A stretch of DNA of 64,000 nt from the IMG/VR virus record IMGVR_UViG_3300037067_018912, positions 192,001-256,000 of that record; one strand, 5' to 3'. Shown here in pieces: positions 1-10,598 of this stretch. Every line of letters starts with the position of its first letter. Positions within the stretch are counted from its first letter, which is position 1. The DNA is from a virus (lineage: Duplodnaviria; Caudoviricetes). The notes below the pieces were generated by a model, which was given only the letters and a program-made list of their open reading frames with translations, made no database searches and was not told where the DNA came from. The position numbers were made by a program, and so were the translations under genes.

Positions 1-264
1 AATCTTTTCCTCTTGAGCACGGACCTCACCTTGCATCTCAACAAGTTCTTTGAGCAGTTCTGCCTTTTTTTCCGTATCTACATTCTCCATCTTTATGAGT
101 TCACGAATGGCCTTCTCGTTCTCGGCGATCTGCGCACTCAAAAGATATCTTTGCTGCTCGGCTTTATAAACACCGTCAAGCGAATTTTTTTGTTCATTAA
201 TTGCTTTATTTAACGCCGCAGCCTGATTTACGAGGTCTCTTGCTTTTTCTGTGTTATTTGCCAT
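1..264 (-). CDS. N-terminus of probable tape measure protein (runs off window)
   Basis: Open frame MANNTEKARDLVNQAAALNKAINEQK..., helical/coiled-coil. Lies directly downstream of a frameshifted tail chaperone, with a late motif at 286-294. Confidence 0.6.
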   Translation of the reverse strand, partial: MANNTEKARDLVNQAAALNKAINEQKNSLDGVYKAEQQRYLLSAQIAENEKAIRELIKMENVDTEKKAELLKELVEMQGEVRAQEEKI

Positions 265-309
265 GTTGGAAATTTACCTTATAGATATAAATACAAAAGG
301 CCGGGAATT

Positions 310-528
310 TTACCTCCTCGGCCTCATATTGTATTTATTTTTCGCTTTGTCTTGCATTTTCTCAATTTCCTCATTCTCTTTTTGGAGCAGGAAGAGATAG
401 TGCCGTCTGCGATAGATGGGAATATTCTCTATATAATCCGCATCAAAATTTGCGTGTTTTGTGAGGATATAAATCTCCTCATCAACCATTTTTTTATATT
501 CACCTGCTAAGTGCTTGGGAAAAAAAAA
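310..528 (-). CDS. -1 frameshift extension of tail assembly chaperone
   Basis: The -1 frame at the T9 run (520-528) is open for about 70 codons: FPKHLAGEYKKMVDEEIYILTKHANF...IPIYRRRHYLFLLQKE...RPRR*. Confidence 0.7.
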   Translation of the reverse strand, partial: FFFPKHLAGEYKKMVDEEIYILTKHANFDADYIENIPIYRRRHYLFLLQKENEEIEKMQDKAKNKYNMRPRR

Positions 529-1415
529 TCCACCCCTATCGACAAAGTCGCCTCGAATTCGTATCCGTCTTTCGCTTTGAACTTATATTTCATATCGATC
601 TCCGGTGAAACCTCTTGTATTTTCTTTCTGATAGTATAAGCATCCAATGCGGGCATTACATCCACAAACTTGTCGATATAAGACCGATCGGTTTTATCAT
701 CAATTGAGACGATGTGTGTTTTCAACTTCATCGTTGAATATTGATTATATTCTTCACCATAAGCCTCTTGCATTGATTTTGCTTTTTTGAAGATTATGTT
801 GTCTTCCCCGGAAGTCAAGAGTCTGAATTTTACAATTCTTTTGCGCATTGGGAGTTCAACCATGAAATATCCACGTTCGTCAGGTTGTTCCGTTACCTCC
901 TTGTATTTTAATTTTGTCAGGTCAACAGTATCAGGAAAGGTTTTACCATCCCTTGGATCGGTTACGGTAACCTTATAATCAGGACCGTAACTCGAAGAAC
1001 GCAAAAAGAGAATCAATGCACTCCTATCACCAGGTAACAAGTTCTCCGGGTTGACACCGGGGGTCTTAATCTTTCTCTTCAAAAGAATGTCCACAACCGT
1101 TCCATTCTCAATAAGTGATGGTGTTGTTAACAAGTCCTCGTCCTTCGATGTCATATATTCGATATTGACTTCAGAAAGCCTGTTTTCATAGAACAACCCC
1201 TTGGAAGGAAGTTGAACTACCTCATATGACATTATCAGATCGGGGTCTGTTTCCCTTGTCATCGTTTTTTCAAATTGTTCTTGGTTAAACACCGGGATGT
1301 TTGGTGTAGCCACAGGGTTAAATGGAATTTGACCCGAACCGTCTTTAGTTTCTTTGAATTTTTTTACAGCATCGGAGATGCTTTCTTTCTGTGGGAATTG
1401 ACCTTCATCAACCAT
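507..1415 (-). CDS. Tail assembly chaperone / T4 gp26-like baseplate hub assembly protein
   Basis: Motifs LPSKGLFY, MTSKDEDLLT and LRSSSYG; ends GVDFFFP at a slippery site; position upstream of the putative tape measure gene. Confidence 0.65.
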   Translation of the reverse strand: MVDEGQFPQKESISDAVKKFKETKDGSGQIPFNPVATPNIPVFNQEQFEKTMTRETDPDLIMSYEVVQLPSKGLFYENRLSEVNIEYMTSKDEDLLTTPSLIENGTVVDILLKRKIKTPGVNPENLLPGDRSALILFLRSSSYGPDYKVTVTDPRDGKTFPDTVDLTKLKYKEVTEQPDERGYFMVELPMRKRIVKFRLLTSGEDNIIFKKAKSMQEAYGEEYNQYSTMKLKTHIVSIDDKTDRSYIDKFVDVMPALDAYTIRKKIQEVSPEIDMKYKFKAKDGYEFEATLSIGVDFFFPST

Positions 1416-1572
1416 TTTATAAAAATTTATAGTTTATTATTATTCTTTCCGATAAATACTGTAAAAAAAATTTTCACACGATTCAAAATTTTTAATTTGT
1501 TTCCGTATAATATATATGATTAAGTCTTTTTAAAATAAGAACAATCATTTAAAGTAAAAGATTAACCAAAAT

Positions 1573-2418
1573 ATGAGTAAAAAAAATAGATTGCAAGAGG
1601 AAAGAGATTACGAAGAATTAATTTCAGTCAACAATCTTTTGGATATTAATAAATTAAAGGATGAAATCGGAAAAATATTACCAAACGACATAAAAATTAT
1701 TGCAAAGAACGAGAGTCAGAAGAAATTGATAAACTCGATAAAAAACAACGAGATAACCATTTGTGCGGGACCCGCAGGTACTGGAAAAACGTTTGTGGCA
1801 ATTGCGTATGCGTTAAGTTTATTGAGAAAAACAACCAATCGTTTCAAAAAAATATACCTGGTGAAATCCGTAACGACCTTGAAAGGGGAGGAGATTGGCT
1901 TCATTAAGGGGGATTGGAAGGAGAAGATCGAGCCATTCATGTGGAGTTTTTATATGAGTATGGAAAAATTACTGTTGGACGCCACGATCAAGAACCTTGT
2001 TGACAAGGACATCATCAGACCGTTTCCTCTCACATACCTGCGTGGAGTAAGCCTTGACGATTGTATAATAGTTGCCGACGAGATGCAAAATGTTAGTTTC
2101 GACAATTCAAGGACGTTGATGACACGCATTGGAAGTAACAGTAAAATGATCCTGCTTGGCGATATTGACCAAATCGACATAAGAAATAAAAATGAAAGTT
2201 CATTGGAAGTCCTTCTCGACATGTTTAAGGAAACAGATAACATGGGAGTCATCAAAATGTCTGAGGAGGACACCAATGTCCGTAATCCGTTAATCACGAT
2301 TATTGAAAACAAATACAAAGAATATTTGAACACCAACGGAAACGGTCAGAAAATTAATGGAGGTTCAAAGCAACTATTGTTGGAAAATCCGTTGGGATTA
2401 AATCCCGGAAGAGCATAA
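1573..2418 (+). CDS. phoH: PhoH-like ATPase
   Basis: GPAGTGKT, YLRGVSLDD, ADEMQN, TRIG, GDIDQID. Confidence 0.92.
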   Translation: MSKKNRLQEERDYEELISVNNLLDINKLKDEIGKILPNDIKIIAKNESQKKLINSIKNNEITICAGPAGTGKTFVAIAYALSLLRKTTNRFKKIYLVKSVTTLKGEEIGFIKGDWKEKIEPFMWSFYMSMEKLLLDATIKNLVDKDIIRPFPLTYLRGVSLDDCIIVADEMQNVSFDNSRTLMTRIGSNSKMILLGDIDQIDIRNKNESSLEVLLDMFKETDNMGVIKMSEEDTNVRNPLITIIENKYKEYLNTNGNGQKINGGSKQLLLENPLGLNPGRA

Positions 2419-2419
2419 T

Positions 2420-2722
2420 ATGGAAAGTAAGATTTTGGTAATATATGTCGGCGTCGCCGGGGTGCGCTCAGAGGACGTTGAGGGAACGGTAAATAAGATT
2501 GTAAAAAAGATAATCCCACAAACGTTTCAAGGCGAGGTGATTATAATTCCGGTGCAGTCGCCCCACACAAGAATGGAATGCATCAATCCGGAGTATATTA
2601 CAGACGAGGAACTCGTCAGGAAGCACACCGAGATGATGGAAAAATTACAAAAGGAACTCCAAAATCAATTGGAGCAGTTAAAAGAAAGTAAAAAGGATGA
2701 ACAAACCGAGAGTGGGAATTGA
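2420..2722 (+). CDS. Hypothetical protein
   Basis: 100-aa ORF tightly coupled in the operon. Confidence 0.6.
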   Translation: MESKILVIYVGVAGVRSEDVEGTVNKIVKKIIPQTFQGEVIIIPVQSPHTRMECINPEYITDEELVRKHTEMMEKLQKELQNQLEQLKESKKDEQTESGN

Positions 2723-3434
2723 CATCAATGAAGTCGTAAGGGCGAGATGGTTTCAGTTCGATAAATTTTACATTCAGGAATTTGGTGAAGAAGGTGCTCC
2801 CAAGGACAGGGTTTACGATCTATTTAGTAATTACAAATGGGAGGACGGGGTTGAGATCACGAAGGAATTAAGAGAACCGGGAGAAATGCCGGATGGTATC
2901 AACCCAACCGATTACCAAGTGAATGAAAAAACGGGTGAAGCACCCGCCGACATATTCCTTTTCAAGAAAGGGGAGGAGAAACTCACAGCAAAAGAGAAAT
3001 TCAATCGTTTTATTTACGAGGATTTTGTATATGAGATACACGGCAGTGCACCTTTAATATATAAAGGTCTCGACCTGCATTTGAAGGAGTTTTGCTTTAA
3101 ATACCGTGATTCGGCAGAGATTTCAATCCTTTCAGTTGAGAACGTGTTTTCAATACCGTCAACACTTTTTTTCTTGAGTAAGATTGCCAGTAGGTTTAAC
3201 AATTACTGCTTCTTGGATAAGGCAATTGATATGTGGAAGCATGCAGATGTCCTAATAACATCCGATCCTGAATTAATCGTGTTGGGTGCGCCTTGGGGTA
3301 AAAAACTGATAAAAGTTGTCAGGCCATACAACAGGGAATTGAAAAAGGGTTCGACAGACGTCGCCAATTTCAATGAATTGTTAAATAATGAAAATTTTGA
3401 AAAAATAATAAGATATAAAAACAAAAAGAAATGA
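2697..3434 (+). CDS. HAD-like / 5'(3')-deoxynucleotidase-like protein
   Basis: N-terminal RVGIDINEV and C-terminal DVLIT...RPYN resemble NT5C-like HADs, but the DxD motif is degenerate. Confidence 0.45.
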   Translation: MNKPRVGIDINEVVRARWFQFDKFYIQEFGEEGAPKDRVYDLFSNYKWEDGVEITKELREPGEMPDGINPTDYQVNEKTGEAPADIFLFKKGEEKLTAKEKFNRFIYEDFVYEIHGSAPLIYKGLDLHLKEFCFKYRDSAEISILSVENVFSIPSTLFFLSKIASRFNNYCFLDKAIDMWKHADVLITSDPELIVLGAPWGKKLIKVVRPYNRELKKGSTDVANFNELLNNENFEKIIRYKNKKK

Positions 3435-4606
3435 GCGAAGAATTATTAAGCAACGAGGCTCGTGAGGCTGAAATCCGCAAAGCGGAAGAGGAAAAAGTGG
3501 CAAAAATAAACGCCTCTTTAAATAACATCCAAAACAAAACTTCGAAATTCATATTCTGCGTACCGGAGTCACAATCCCCCGCAGCAAGCATATATGAAAT
3601 TTATTTTCATGCAACTGTCGTGAAAAAAATGGGTTACACCGTTCTTGTAATGGTGGAAAAGGGCGACTACGTTCCTCCGACATGGATTGAGAAGGAACTC
3701 ACCGACCATAAACACATGTCAATGGCCGACCCCAAATTAAACGTCGGTCCTGAAGACATTATGGTTATTCCTGAAGTGTATTCGAATATCATGGAACAGA
3801 CCAAGAACCTGCCGTGTTTAAGGGTTGGGTTGTTACAGTCTGTTGATTATATGATCAACTCGCTCGTCCCTGGTTCTGATTGGAGAACGTTCGGAATTAC
3901 CGAAATGATCACCACGTCAACGACACTCAAGAATTTCGTTGAAGGTTATTATGGGGTTGGTAAATTCAACATCAAGACTTACAATATTGGAATTCCCGAT
4001 TATTTTGAGAAGTCGACTATCCCACAGAAGCCGATAATTTCAGTCATCGGCAGAAATCCGAACGAGATAGCGAAGTTTGTGAAACTCTTTTTCAGTAAAT
4101 TCCCTCAATACAGTTGGGTGACTTTCGATCCGATGCTCACCAAAAGCAAACCACCCCAATCCATGAGGAGAATGGATTTTGCAAAAAGATTGCAAGGAAA
4201 TTTTGCCGCAGTGTGGATCGACAGGATAGCATCATTTGGAACATTCCCTCTTGAATGCATGAAATGTGGTACGATCCCGGTCTGTCTTAAACCGGATTTA
4301 ATACCGGACTATATGATCACCAGAGACGCTGAAGGAAAACCCCTTGGTGTCAACGACGGGGCGGGTGTTTGGACGGATAATTATTATGATCTTCCATTGC
4401 TTGCAGGGGAAGTGTTAATTAAATTCCTCGATGACAGTATCTTGCCCGCACTTTATGAGTCAATGGATACGGTTGCGGAAAAATACACACAGAAGAATGC
4501 CGAGGCCGAATTGAACGGGATATATCAAAATTATATCGATCAAAGAATCACGTTCCTGCAACACGCAATTGCTCCTCAACCCCAACCTGTGGTTGAACAA
4601 AAATAA
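3431..4606 (+). CDS. Glycosyltransferase (GT-B-like)
   Basis: SFGTFPLECMKCGTIPV resembles the GT4 E-x7-E region; IPEVY motif. Confidence 0.65.
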   Translation: MSEELLSNEAREAEIRKAEEEKVAKINASLNNIQNKTSKFIFCVPESQSPAASIYEIYFHATVVKKMGYTVLVMVEKGDYVPPTWIEKELTDHKHMSMADPKLNVGPEDIMVIPEVYSNIMEQTKNLPCLRVGLLQSVDYMINSLVPGSDWRTFGITEMITTSTTLKNFVEGYYGVGKFNIKTYNIGIPDYFEKSTIPQKPIISVIGRNPNEIAKFVKLFFSKFPQYSWVTFDPMLTKSKPPQSMRRMDFAKRLQGNFAAVWIDRIASFGTFPLECMKCGTIPVCLKPDLIPDYMITRDAEGKPLGVNDGAGVWTDNYYDLPLLAGEVLIKFLDDSILPALYESMDTVAEKYTQKNAEAELNGIYQNYIDQRITFLQHAIAPQPQPVVEQK

Positions 4607-4629
4607 CAACGAAATAAAATTTATATAAA

Positions 4630-5445
4630 ATGAACAACATATCTATAATAATCCCGGTTCACGAATATAATGACAAGGTGTCGGAATATCTCACCAAATC
4701 ATTTGATTCGGTTGTGGCACAAGAAGGAATAGATGAACTTCCCCAAGTGCTGATCGTATTCCCGGCAATGATAGAGACGGAAATGGTTTCATTTTCTGAA
4801 AGCATGTTGAGAAAACATCAGGAAAAGGGAAAATCCGTCTTAATTAAGAATGAGGGTAATTCTGATTACCAATCTCAAGTTAATCTCGCTGTAGAATCTG
4901 TGAATACTCCGTATTTCTCGGTGCTCGAATTCGACGATGAATACGGCAAAGCGTTCGTTAAAAACGCTGAGAAGTATATTGCTTCTTATTCCGATGTTGA
5001 CGTCTTTCTTACTATGATGATTGAGGTGAATGACAGAAATGAAGGCGTAAAGATCACAAATGAAACAGTTTGGGCACAACAATTCGTTGGCGAAAACGGC
5101 GAAATGGGGTATTTAAACCTTAATGCGTTAAAACAATACACCGATTTCAAACTATCGGGTGCTGTGATTAAAAAATCCGAATTCAAGAACCTTGGCGGAT
5201 ACAAATCGAATATTAAACTGACTTTCATGTATGAATTCCTGCTCCGGGCACTGAACAACGCCTGTAAGATTTTCAGCATGCCAAAAATCGGTTATAAACA
5301 TCTCTTCAATAGGGAAGGAAGCCTGTTTGATGTTTATTCCAAAACCATGCCTGTGAATGAAAGGAAGTTTTGGTTTGAAACTGCCACCAAAGAAAGTAAC
5401 TTCCCGACAGATAGGGCAATTGACATGTCGCTGTTGAAAAAATAA
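4630..5445 (+). CDS. Glycosyltransferase family 2
   Basis: ISIIIPVHE start and YFSVLEFDD (DxD-like). Confidence 0.75.
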   Translation: MNNISIIIPVHEYNDKVSEYLTKSFDSVVAQEGIDELPQVLIVFPAMIETEMVSFSESMLRKHQEKGKSVLIKNEGNSDYQSQVNLAVESVNTPYFSVLEFDDEYGKAFVKNAEKYIASYSDVDVFLTMMIEVNDRNEGVKITNETVWAQQFVGENGEMGYLNLNALKQYTDFKLSGAVIKKSEFKNLGGYKSNIKLTFMYEFLLRALNNACKIFSMPKIGYKHLFNREGSLFDVYSKTMPVNERKFWFETATKESNFPTDRAIDMSLLKK

Positions 5446-5470
5446 CCTCGAAGATTTTGTTATATGAAAA

Positions 5471-6229
5471 ATGAAAGAAAAAGAATTAGAGGAAAGCGTA
5501 CCCTATTTTGCGGAAAGGGAGGAGCAGGCGGTTATTGATTATATAAATTCAAACACCTTGGAGGAAAAAACCAGGATATATAAAAATATCTTGATTGAAC
5601 CCTTCAGGAAAATGATACAATCAATCCTGCGAAGGTATCCGATTCATATCGGAAACTACAATATGGAAGAGGTTGAAGAAAACGCCTTGACCCATCTGAT
5701 CGAACATATGGTTAAATTCGATCCAAACAAAAAGGGAAAGGCGGGCAACAAGACGAAGGCGTTTAGTTACTGCCAAACGATCATCAGAAACTATTATAAG
5801 GATCACAGCAAAAAAAGTTATACGGAAAGGAAGATCAATCTTCCTTTCGATGACTATGCTGACGAAATTGATCAAAATCTCAATTTTTCTTATGAAATAG
5901 AGAACGAACCCCAATACCATCTTGAAAAATTAATCAACAGCGTCATCGAGAGGATCGACGAGAAGATAAACAACGATCCGTTGATGAAGAAGAATGAAAT
6001 TATCGTTGGTGATGCAATTGCAAACGTGTTAAAAAATTGGCACGTGTTATTCATGGAGGATACTCCGGAAGGTAAATATAATAAGAAGGTGACCAACAAG
6101 TTTGCGAAAAACAAAATTCTTTTGTTTCTCAAAGAACAAACCGGGTTATCAACAAAGGAGATCAGAATAGCGATCAAGCCTTTCAAGGATGTTTATTTTG
6201 CAGAGAAACTATTGTTCTTGGAAGAATAA
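5471..6229 (+). CDS. Phage sigma factor, gp55-like (late transcription)
   Basis: KFDPNK...KAFSYCQTIIRNYY resembles the sigma region 2 of gp55-like factors. Confidence 0.6.
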   Translation: MKEKELEESVPYFAEREEQAVIDYINSNTLEEKTRIYKNILIEPFRKMIQSILRRYPIHIGNYNMEEVEENALTHLIEHMVKFDPNKKGKAGNKTKAFSYCQTIIRNYYKDHSKKSYTERKINLPFDDYADEIDQNLNFSYEIENEPQYHLEKLINSVIERIDEKINNDPLMKKNEIIVGDAIANVLKNWHVLFMEDTPEGKYNKKVTNKFAKNKILLFLKEQTGLSTKEIRIAIKPFKDVYFAEKLLFLEE

Positions 6230-6277
6230 CAACATTTTTAAAAAACCCGTATTTATATGTACTAAAACTATAATACG

Positions 6278-6670
6278 ATGGCCAGACCACAAAGAAAAAA
6301 ATTAAAATTCGATGAAGACAGTGTAAATAAACTGCTTCAGGAGATATATGACGAATCCCACAACATCAAGGCAAAGATTGCAAGATTGTACACCAAGTGG
6401 GAGGTAAAAGTAAAGGAGAACTCCGAGGTTGCCGCAATCGGCGATCAGATTGTGAAACTCATCGCCGCCGAAGCAAAGAATCAAGATCAAAAGATCATGC
6501 TCTTGCGCTATTTGAAAGAAGTTGTTTTTGAAAACAAGACGCCCGAAGGCATGCCAAACTTAAAAAATGCGCAGGGAGAGAATACCGGGGATGTTCCAGA
6601 CAGCAGGAGAAACGAACTATTGAGTTGGGTTGAAGAAACTGTCAACAAGAAAGACAGAGAGAAGAAATAA
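6278..6670 (+). CDS. Hypothetical late protein
   Basis: ORF preceded by GTATTTATA at 6249-6257. Confidence 0.65.
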   Translation: MARPQRKKLKFDEDSVNKLLQEIYDESHNIKAKIARLYTKWEVKVKENSEVAAIGDQIVKLIAAEAKNQDQKIMLLRYLKEVVFENKTPEGMPNLKNAQGENTGDVPDSRRNELLSWVEETVNKKDREKK

Positions 6671-6673
6671 GAT

Positions 6674-7981
6674 ATGGGCATCAAGGACAATAAGAGAGGG
6701 GTTTTTACCACAATAGGCGCATACACCTCATATATCGACAATATGAGGCAGAAGACGCCGCAATCCATTGATGGATACACTTCCATCAATAATAAGAATG
6801 ATATTGTCCCTTTCATGCTCGATGTCCTTAAATCGATTGTGGGTTCTGTCGGATTAAAAGATGTTATAGGTGGATTGTTTACAGAATTCGTCGATGGCAT
6901 CGAACCGGATTTGAAAACAATCGTCAAAAAACAGGTTGTACAATACGATTCGGACGATCCATTACCCAACGAATTTAAGAGCACGGGAAGTGGTATATCC
7001 GTACCCGTGAGAAAGATCGATAGTGATGGGTTGTTAAAAACAAAACCCAATACAGAAGAAGCCGATTTACTTTTTGATAGTAATGCGAACAATCTAAACA
7101 ACGTTTTACGTAACGTTATCGCCAATCAGTCGACGCAACAATATAACGGCATCAATATATCATACAGCCAAACAACCGATGCTTTAACATTCAAAGCGAC
7201 GGAGATTACCTCCGGTAAGAACATTGGGCAGTTTTTCAGTGATTATGTGGATGGCACGACGATTATGAATAAAAAGGAATTCATGACCAACGTGATGAAT
7301 TCTATATATGGCACGGTCACCAAACAACGGAATAAATCTGTGGATGCTGTTTACAATGAACAGATGATTGACAAGACGATCGAAAATCTCATCGATAATG
7401 ACGACGATAGTTTCGAGATTTCCGACAAAGAGAAAGACTCTTTACTTGAAAAATCAAAAGAACTTGTCAACGGAGTTGTTAATTATGATATGGGTTGCGG
7501 GATCATGGCGGCTTCACTTCCAATGAGCGGAATGACGACAGCGATATCGCAAATGTCAGGTTCATCCGATCCATTCGTCGTAGGAAATGTTGTTGAGGCG
7601 ACAGTTGAAGGAAGCACCACCGGGGAGGTTGCAACAGAAAACAAACAAACCGTTAAAGACGGTTTTTTTCAAAGGCTGATCAAATTAATTACTATAATGC
7701 TCGCTAAAGTGACTTCAACATCGCCGGAAGTGAAGATGCTTCTTGCATTGTCAGCGACATTTCAACAACGTAGTGATTCAATTGCCGAGGGTTTGGATTA
7801 TTTGAAAAACAATAAGACCGTTATTAAATGCCTTGTCAAAGAGGCAATGAAAAAAATAAATGAATACATTTTCAACTTTGTGGTTTCAAAGATGATATCG
7901 TTCCTTGCCCCGATTGTGAAAAAATTAATAATGGAAAAAATAAATTATTACATCGGCTTGATAAGAAGCCTAATCTCGTAA
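6674..7981 (+). CDS. Hypothetical virion (baseplate region) protein
   Basis: 435-aa ORF in a late operon upstream of the spike-like gene. Confidence 0.6.
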   Translation: MGIKDNKRGVFTTIGAYTSYIDNMRQKTPQSIDGYTSINNKNDIVPFMLDVLKSIVGSVGLKDVIGGLFTEFVDGIEPDLKTIVKKQVVQYDSDDPLPNEFKSTGSGISVPVRKIDSDGLLKTKPNTEEADLLFDSNANNLNNVLRNVIANQSTQQYNGINISYSQTTDALTFKATEITSGKNIGQFFSDYVDGTTIMNKKEFMTNVMNSIYGTVTKQRNKSVDAVYNEQMIDKTIENLIDNDDDSFEISDKEKDSLLEKSKELVNGVVNYDMGCGIMAASLPMSGMTTAISQMSGSSDPFVVGNVVEATVEGSTTGEVATENKQTVKDGFFQRLIKLITIMLAKVTSTSPEVKMLLALSATFQQRSDSIAEGLDYLKNNKTVIKCLVKEAMKKINEYIFNFVVSKMISFLAPIVKKLIMEKINYYIGLIRSLIS

Positions 7982-7985
7982 AGTT

Positions 7986-8228
7986 ATGATAGTAGATCAA
8001 AAATTAAACAAGCGTTTCGTCGGTGTGTACCTTATTGATGGATGTCTGGATGGTACACAAATGGCAATGACAACAAAACCTTCATGGTTCAAAAGAATTA
8101 TGACAAGGTGGCTGATTGGATGGAAATGGATCAGTATTGAAAAATTAAAAGAAAAACAGGATGCACAGAAAAAACTGTTGCAGGAAAAGGCTGTTGATGT
8201 CAACAATCATCTAACAATTGTGAGTTAA
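7986..8228 (+). CDS. Hypothetical protein
   Basis: Coupled ORF in operon. Confidence 0.55.
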   Translation: MIVDQKLNKRFVGVYLIDGCLDGTQMAMTTKPSWFKRIMTRWLIGWKWISIEKLKEKQDAQKKLLQEKAVDVNNHLTIVS

Positions 8229-8230
8229 TT

Positions 8231-8632
8231 ATGGATTACGGCAGCATCACATCAATAATAGGGGGTTTCGATAAAATATTGAAATTGACGACCGTCGGTA
8301 CTGCACAGCAGATTCCGACGCCGTTAATACTTGTCGGCGCACCGAGAAGACCGGGATTGTCGGCAACGAAAATTTCGTCACGCATAATCTCAAGGAAAGG
8401 TGAGGCGGGTCTTCCCGTTGGCGTTCTTCCTTCTGGTGCGGTGAATCCCGACGAGGTGATGTGGAGAATCGCCGTTGAAGAGATTATAAAAGCAATTCAC
8501 GAAGATTCTGTTGTAAACATAGCAATCCCGCCGGGAACAACGCTGTCTGCCTCCGGTATTGGACCATCAGGTCCGGTTACGGTATTCGGCAGCACAATTA
8601 TGTATTCAAGTGGTTATGGAGTGATACAATAA
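8231..8632 (+). CDS. Hypothetical baseplate/spike-associated protein
   Basis: Gly/Pro-rich ORF next to the gp5-like gene. Confidence 0.5.
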   Translation: MDYGSITSIIGGFDKILKLTTVGTAQQIPTPLILVGAPRRPGLSATKISSRIISRKGEAGLPVGVLPSGAVNPDEVMWRIAVEEIIKAIHEDSVVNIAIPPGTTLSASGIGPSGPVTVFGSTIMYSSGYGVIQ

Positions 8633-8853
8633 TGGAAAATTTAAGTGGATATACCCCAACACAGTTGTTGAAACTGATTAATGCGGTGAAAACGGCTCAT
8701 GATACCGTGAAGGAAGGAATTCTTGATTGTGTTAATAAAGTCGAAGAACTTGAAAAACAAATAAATGGTAAGATGGGTGAATTGGATATATATGAAAAAC
8801 AATACGTCGAATTGGTTGACGAATTAAATAAAAGAAAAGATGTCATACGATAA
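8632..8853 (+). CDS. Hypothetical coiled-coil protein
   Basis: Overlapping stop/start with both neighbours. Confidence 0.55.
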   Translation: MENLSGYTPTQLLKLINAVKTAHDTVKEGILDCVNKVEELEKQINGKMGELDIYEKQYVELVDELNKRKDVIR

Positions 8854-9730
8854 ACCCACCATACAAACAAGTAACCCTTTCAAAAAGGTTGGCACGTACA
8901 CAGTCACCAGGACTATTTATTATGGTGAAGTTATATCCATCGACGATCCGGAAGATGGCGGCAGGATCAAAGTAAAAATACCCGACTTGGATAATAAAAC
9001 CGACAACAGCGAACTGCCTTGGTGTTATCCATTCCAACCAAAATTCTTTCATATTTATCCGCAAGTTGGTGAAATAGTCCGAATCCTTATTGAGGACGTT
9101 AAACGTCCATTCATGAGCAGGTTTTGGATGGGAAGCATCATATCCCAATTACACAAAATCGGATATGATTCAACATATACCGCCCTTTCGACAACAAATA
9201 TGGGATTGATAAAACCCGATAAAGCACCGTCGACAGTTCCGGACGCTGACGGCGTGTTCCCATTAAAAACAGATGTTGCTCTCATTGGTAGAGTGAACAC
9301 TGATGTGATTTTACGGTTGAATGAGATTCACATCCGTGCCGGGAAGCACGAGGACGGAAATCCATTGAAATTAAACACTAAGAACCCCGCCGAGATCAGC
9401 CTTGTTTTCGAAAAGGATAAGGATGATTCCAATGAATATCATAGCAATACTGTTATTATGAGCGACAGGATCGGCATCATATCCCATTCCGGAAACCCAC
9501 AATTCAAACCTGCAAGAGTAGAATTGTCTGATAGACAGAGAATTTTCGAAGAAGGTCACCCAATTGCAAGGGGTGATGTACTCGTCCAAGCATTGGAAAT
9601 CATGCGTAAAGCAATAATAGCACACATCCACGGATATTCCGCACTACCTGCCGACAAATCGGCGATAATCAACGATCTTGAAAAGATAAATTTCGAGGGA
9701 ATGTTACAGAGAAATATTGTAATCAATTAA
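8840..9730 (+). CDS. Baseplate spike protein, gp5/VgrG-type OB-fold
   Basis: GEVISIDDPEDGGRIKVKIP...LPWCYP...PQVGEIV; C-terminal HIH. Confidence 0.75.
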   Translation: MSYDKPTIQTSNPFKKVGTYTVTRTIYYGEVISIDDPEDGGRIKVKIPDLDNKTDNSELPWCYPFQPKFFHIYPQVGEIVRILIEDVKRPFMSRFWMGSIISQLHKIGYDSTYTALSTTNMGLIKPDKAPSTVPDADGVFPLKTDVALIGRVNTDVILRLNEIHIRAGKHEDGNPLKLNTKNPAEISLVFEKDKDDSNEYHSNTVIMSDRIGIISHSGNPQFKPARVELSDRQRIFEEGHPIARGDVLVQALEIMRKAIIAHIHGYSALPADKSAIINDLEKINFEGMLQRNIVIN

Positions 9731-9752
9731 TTTTTCCTCTATATTTGTTTTG

Positions 9753-10550
9753 ATGAATCTACCGTTGACAATACCGGGGGAGTTGTTCACAACTTTCAAC
9801 GACATAATGTTTTATGATGAACCTCACAAATACTTTCTTGACGGAAAAGAATTGATATCAGTAACTACCTTGATCCACCAATACCAAGAAGAATTTAATG
9901 AGGATTATTGGTCGAATTACAAAGCAGGACAATATTCTGTTTCACAAGAAGACATATTAAGGGGTTGGAAGTTCATTAATCGTAAAGGAACTATAAAGGG
10001 TTCGGCAATACACGACTATGCCGAAAAATTATTTCAAAATAAGAAATACGAATACCCAAAAGAAATCATTTTCAAGGAATTCGGTTTTGACCCTGTTTGG
10101 GGCGAATATCAAATCACAAAAAAACACGTCGACAAATTCTACAATGACGTCCATAGTAAATTAATCCCCGTCCGCACAGAATTCGTGATCTACGACAAGG
10201 AATCGATGATTGCCGGGATGCTCGACATGTTGTTCTATAACATCAAAACGAAAGAGTTTCAGATTTGGGATTGGAAGACTAATAAGGATTTCACGTTTGA
10301 AATGAGTAGCAGGCATCTAATTAAAGACTTGTTCACGTTGGAGGATTGCGATCTTGAATTATACTCCCTTCAATTAGAGATGTACAAACGCATTATCGAG
10401 AAAAACACGGGGTTGAAACTCGGCAAATCTTATATCGTGTGGTTCTCACACAATAACGAGAATTATAAAGTCATTGAAGCCAAGGACAGGGAGTATTTTG
10501 TGAATAAGATTATTGAAAATCGAATTTTAGAATTAAACGCTGCAGCATAA
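9753..10550 (+). CDS. PD-(D/E)xK exonuclease
   Basis: HKY...SVTT, GSAIH, AGMLD, IWDWKTN, YSLQLEMY. Confidence 0.85.
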   Translation: MNLPLTIPGELFTTFNDIMFYDEPHKYFLDGKELISVTTLIHQYQEEFNEDYWSNYKAGQYSVSQEDILRGWKFINRKGTIKGSAIHDYAEKLFQNKKYEYPKEIIFKEFGFDPVWGEYQITKKHVDKFYNDVHSKLIPVRTEFVIYDKESMIAGMLDMLFYNIKTKEFQIWDWKTNKDFTFEMSSRHLIKDLFTLEDCDLELYSLQLEMYKRIIEKNTGLKLGKSYIVWFSHNNENYKVIEAKDREYFVNKIIENRILELNAAA

Positions 10551-10598
10551 AAAACCCCAGAATTTCTTCCAGGGTTTTCAAAAATCGAACGAACCTTT

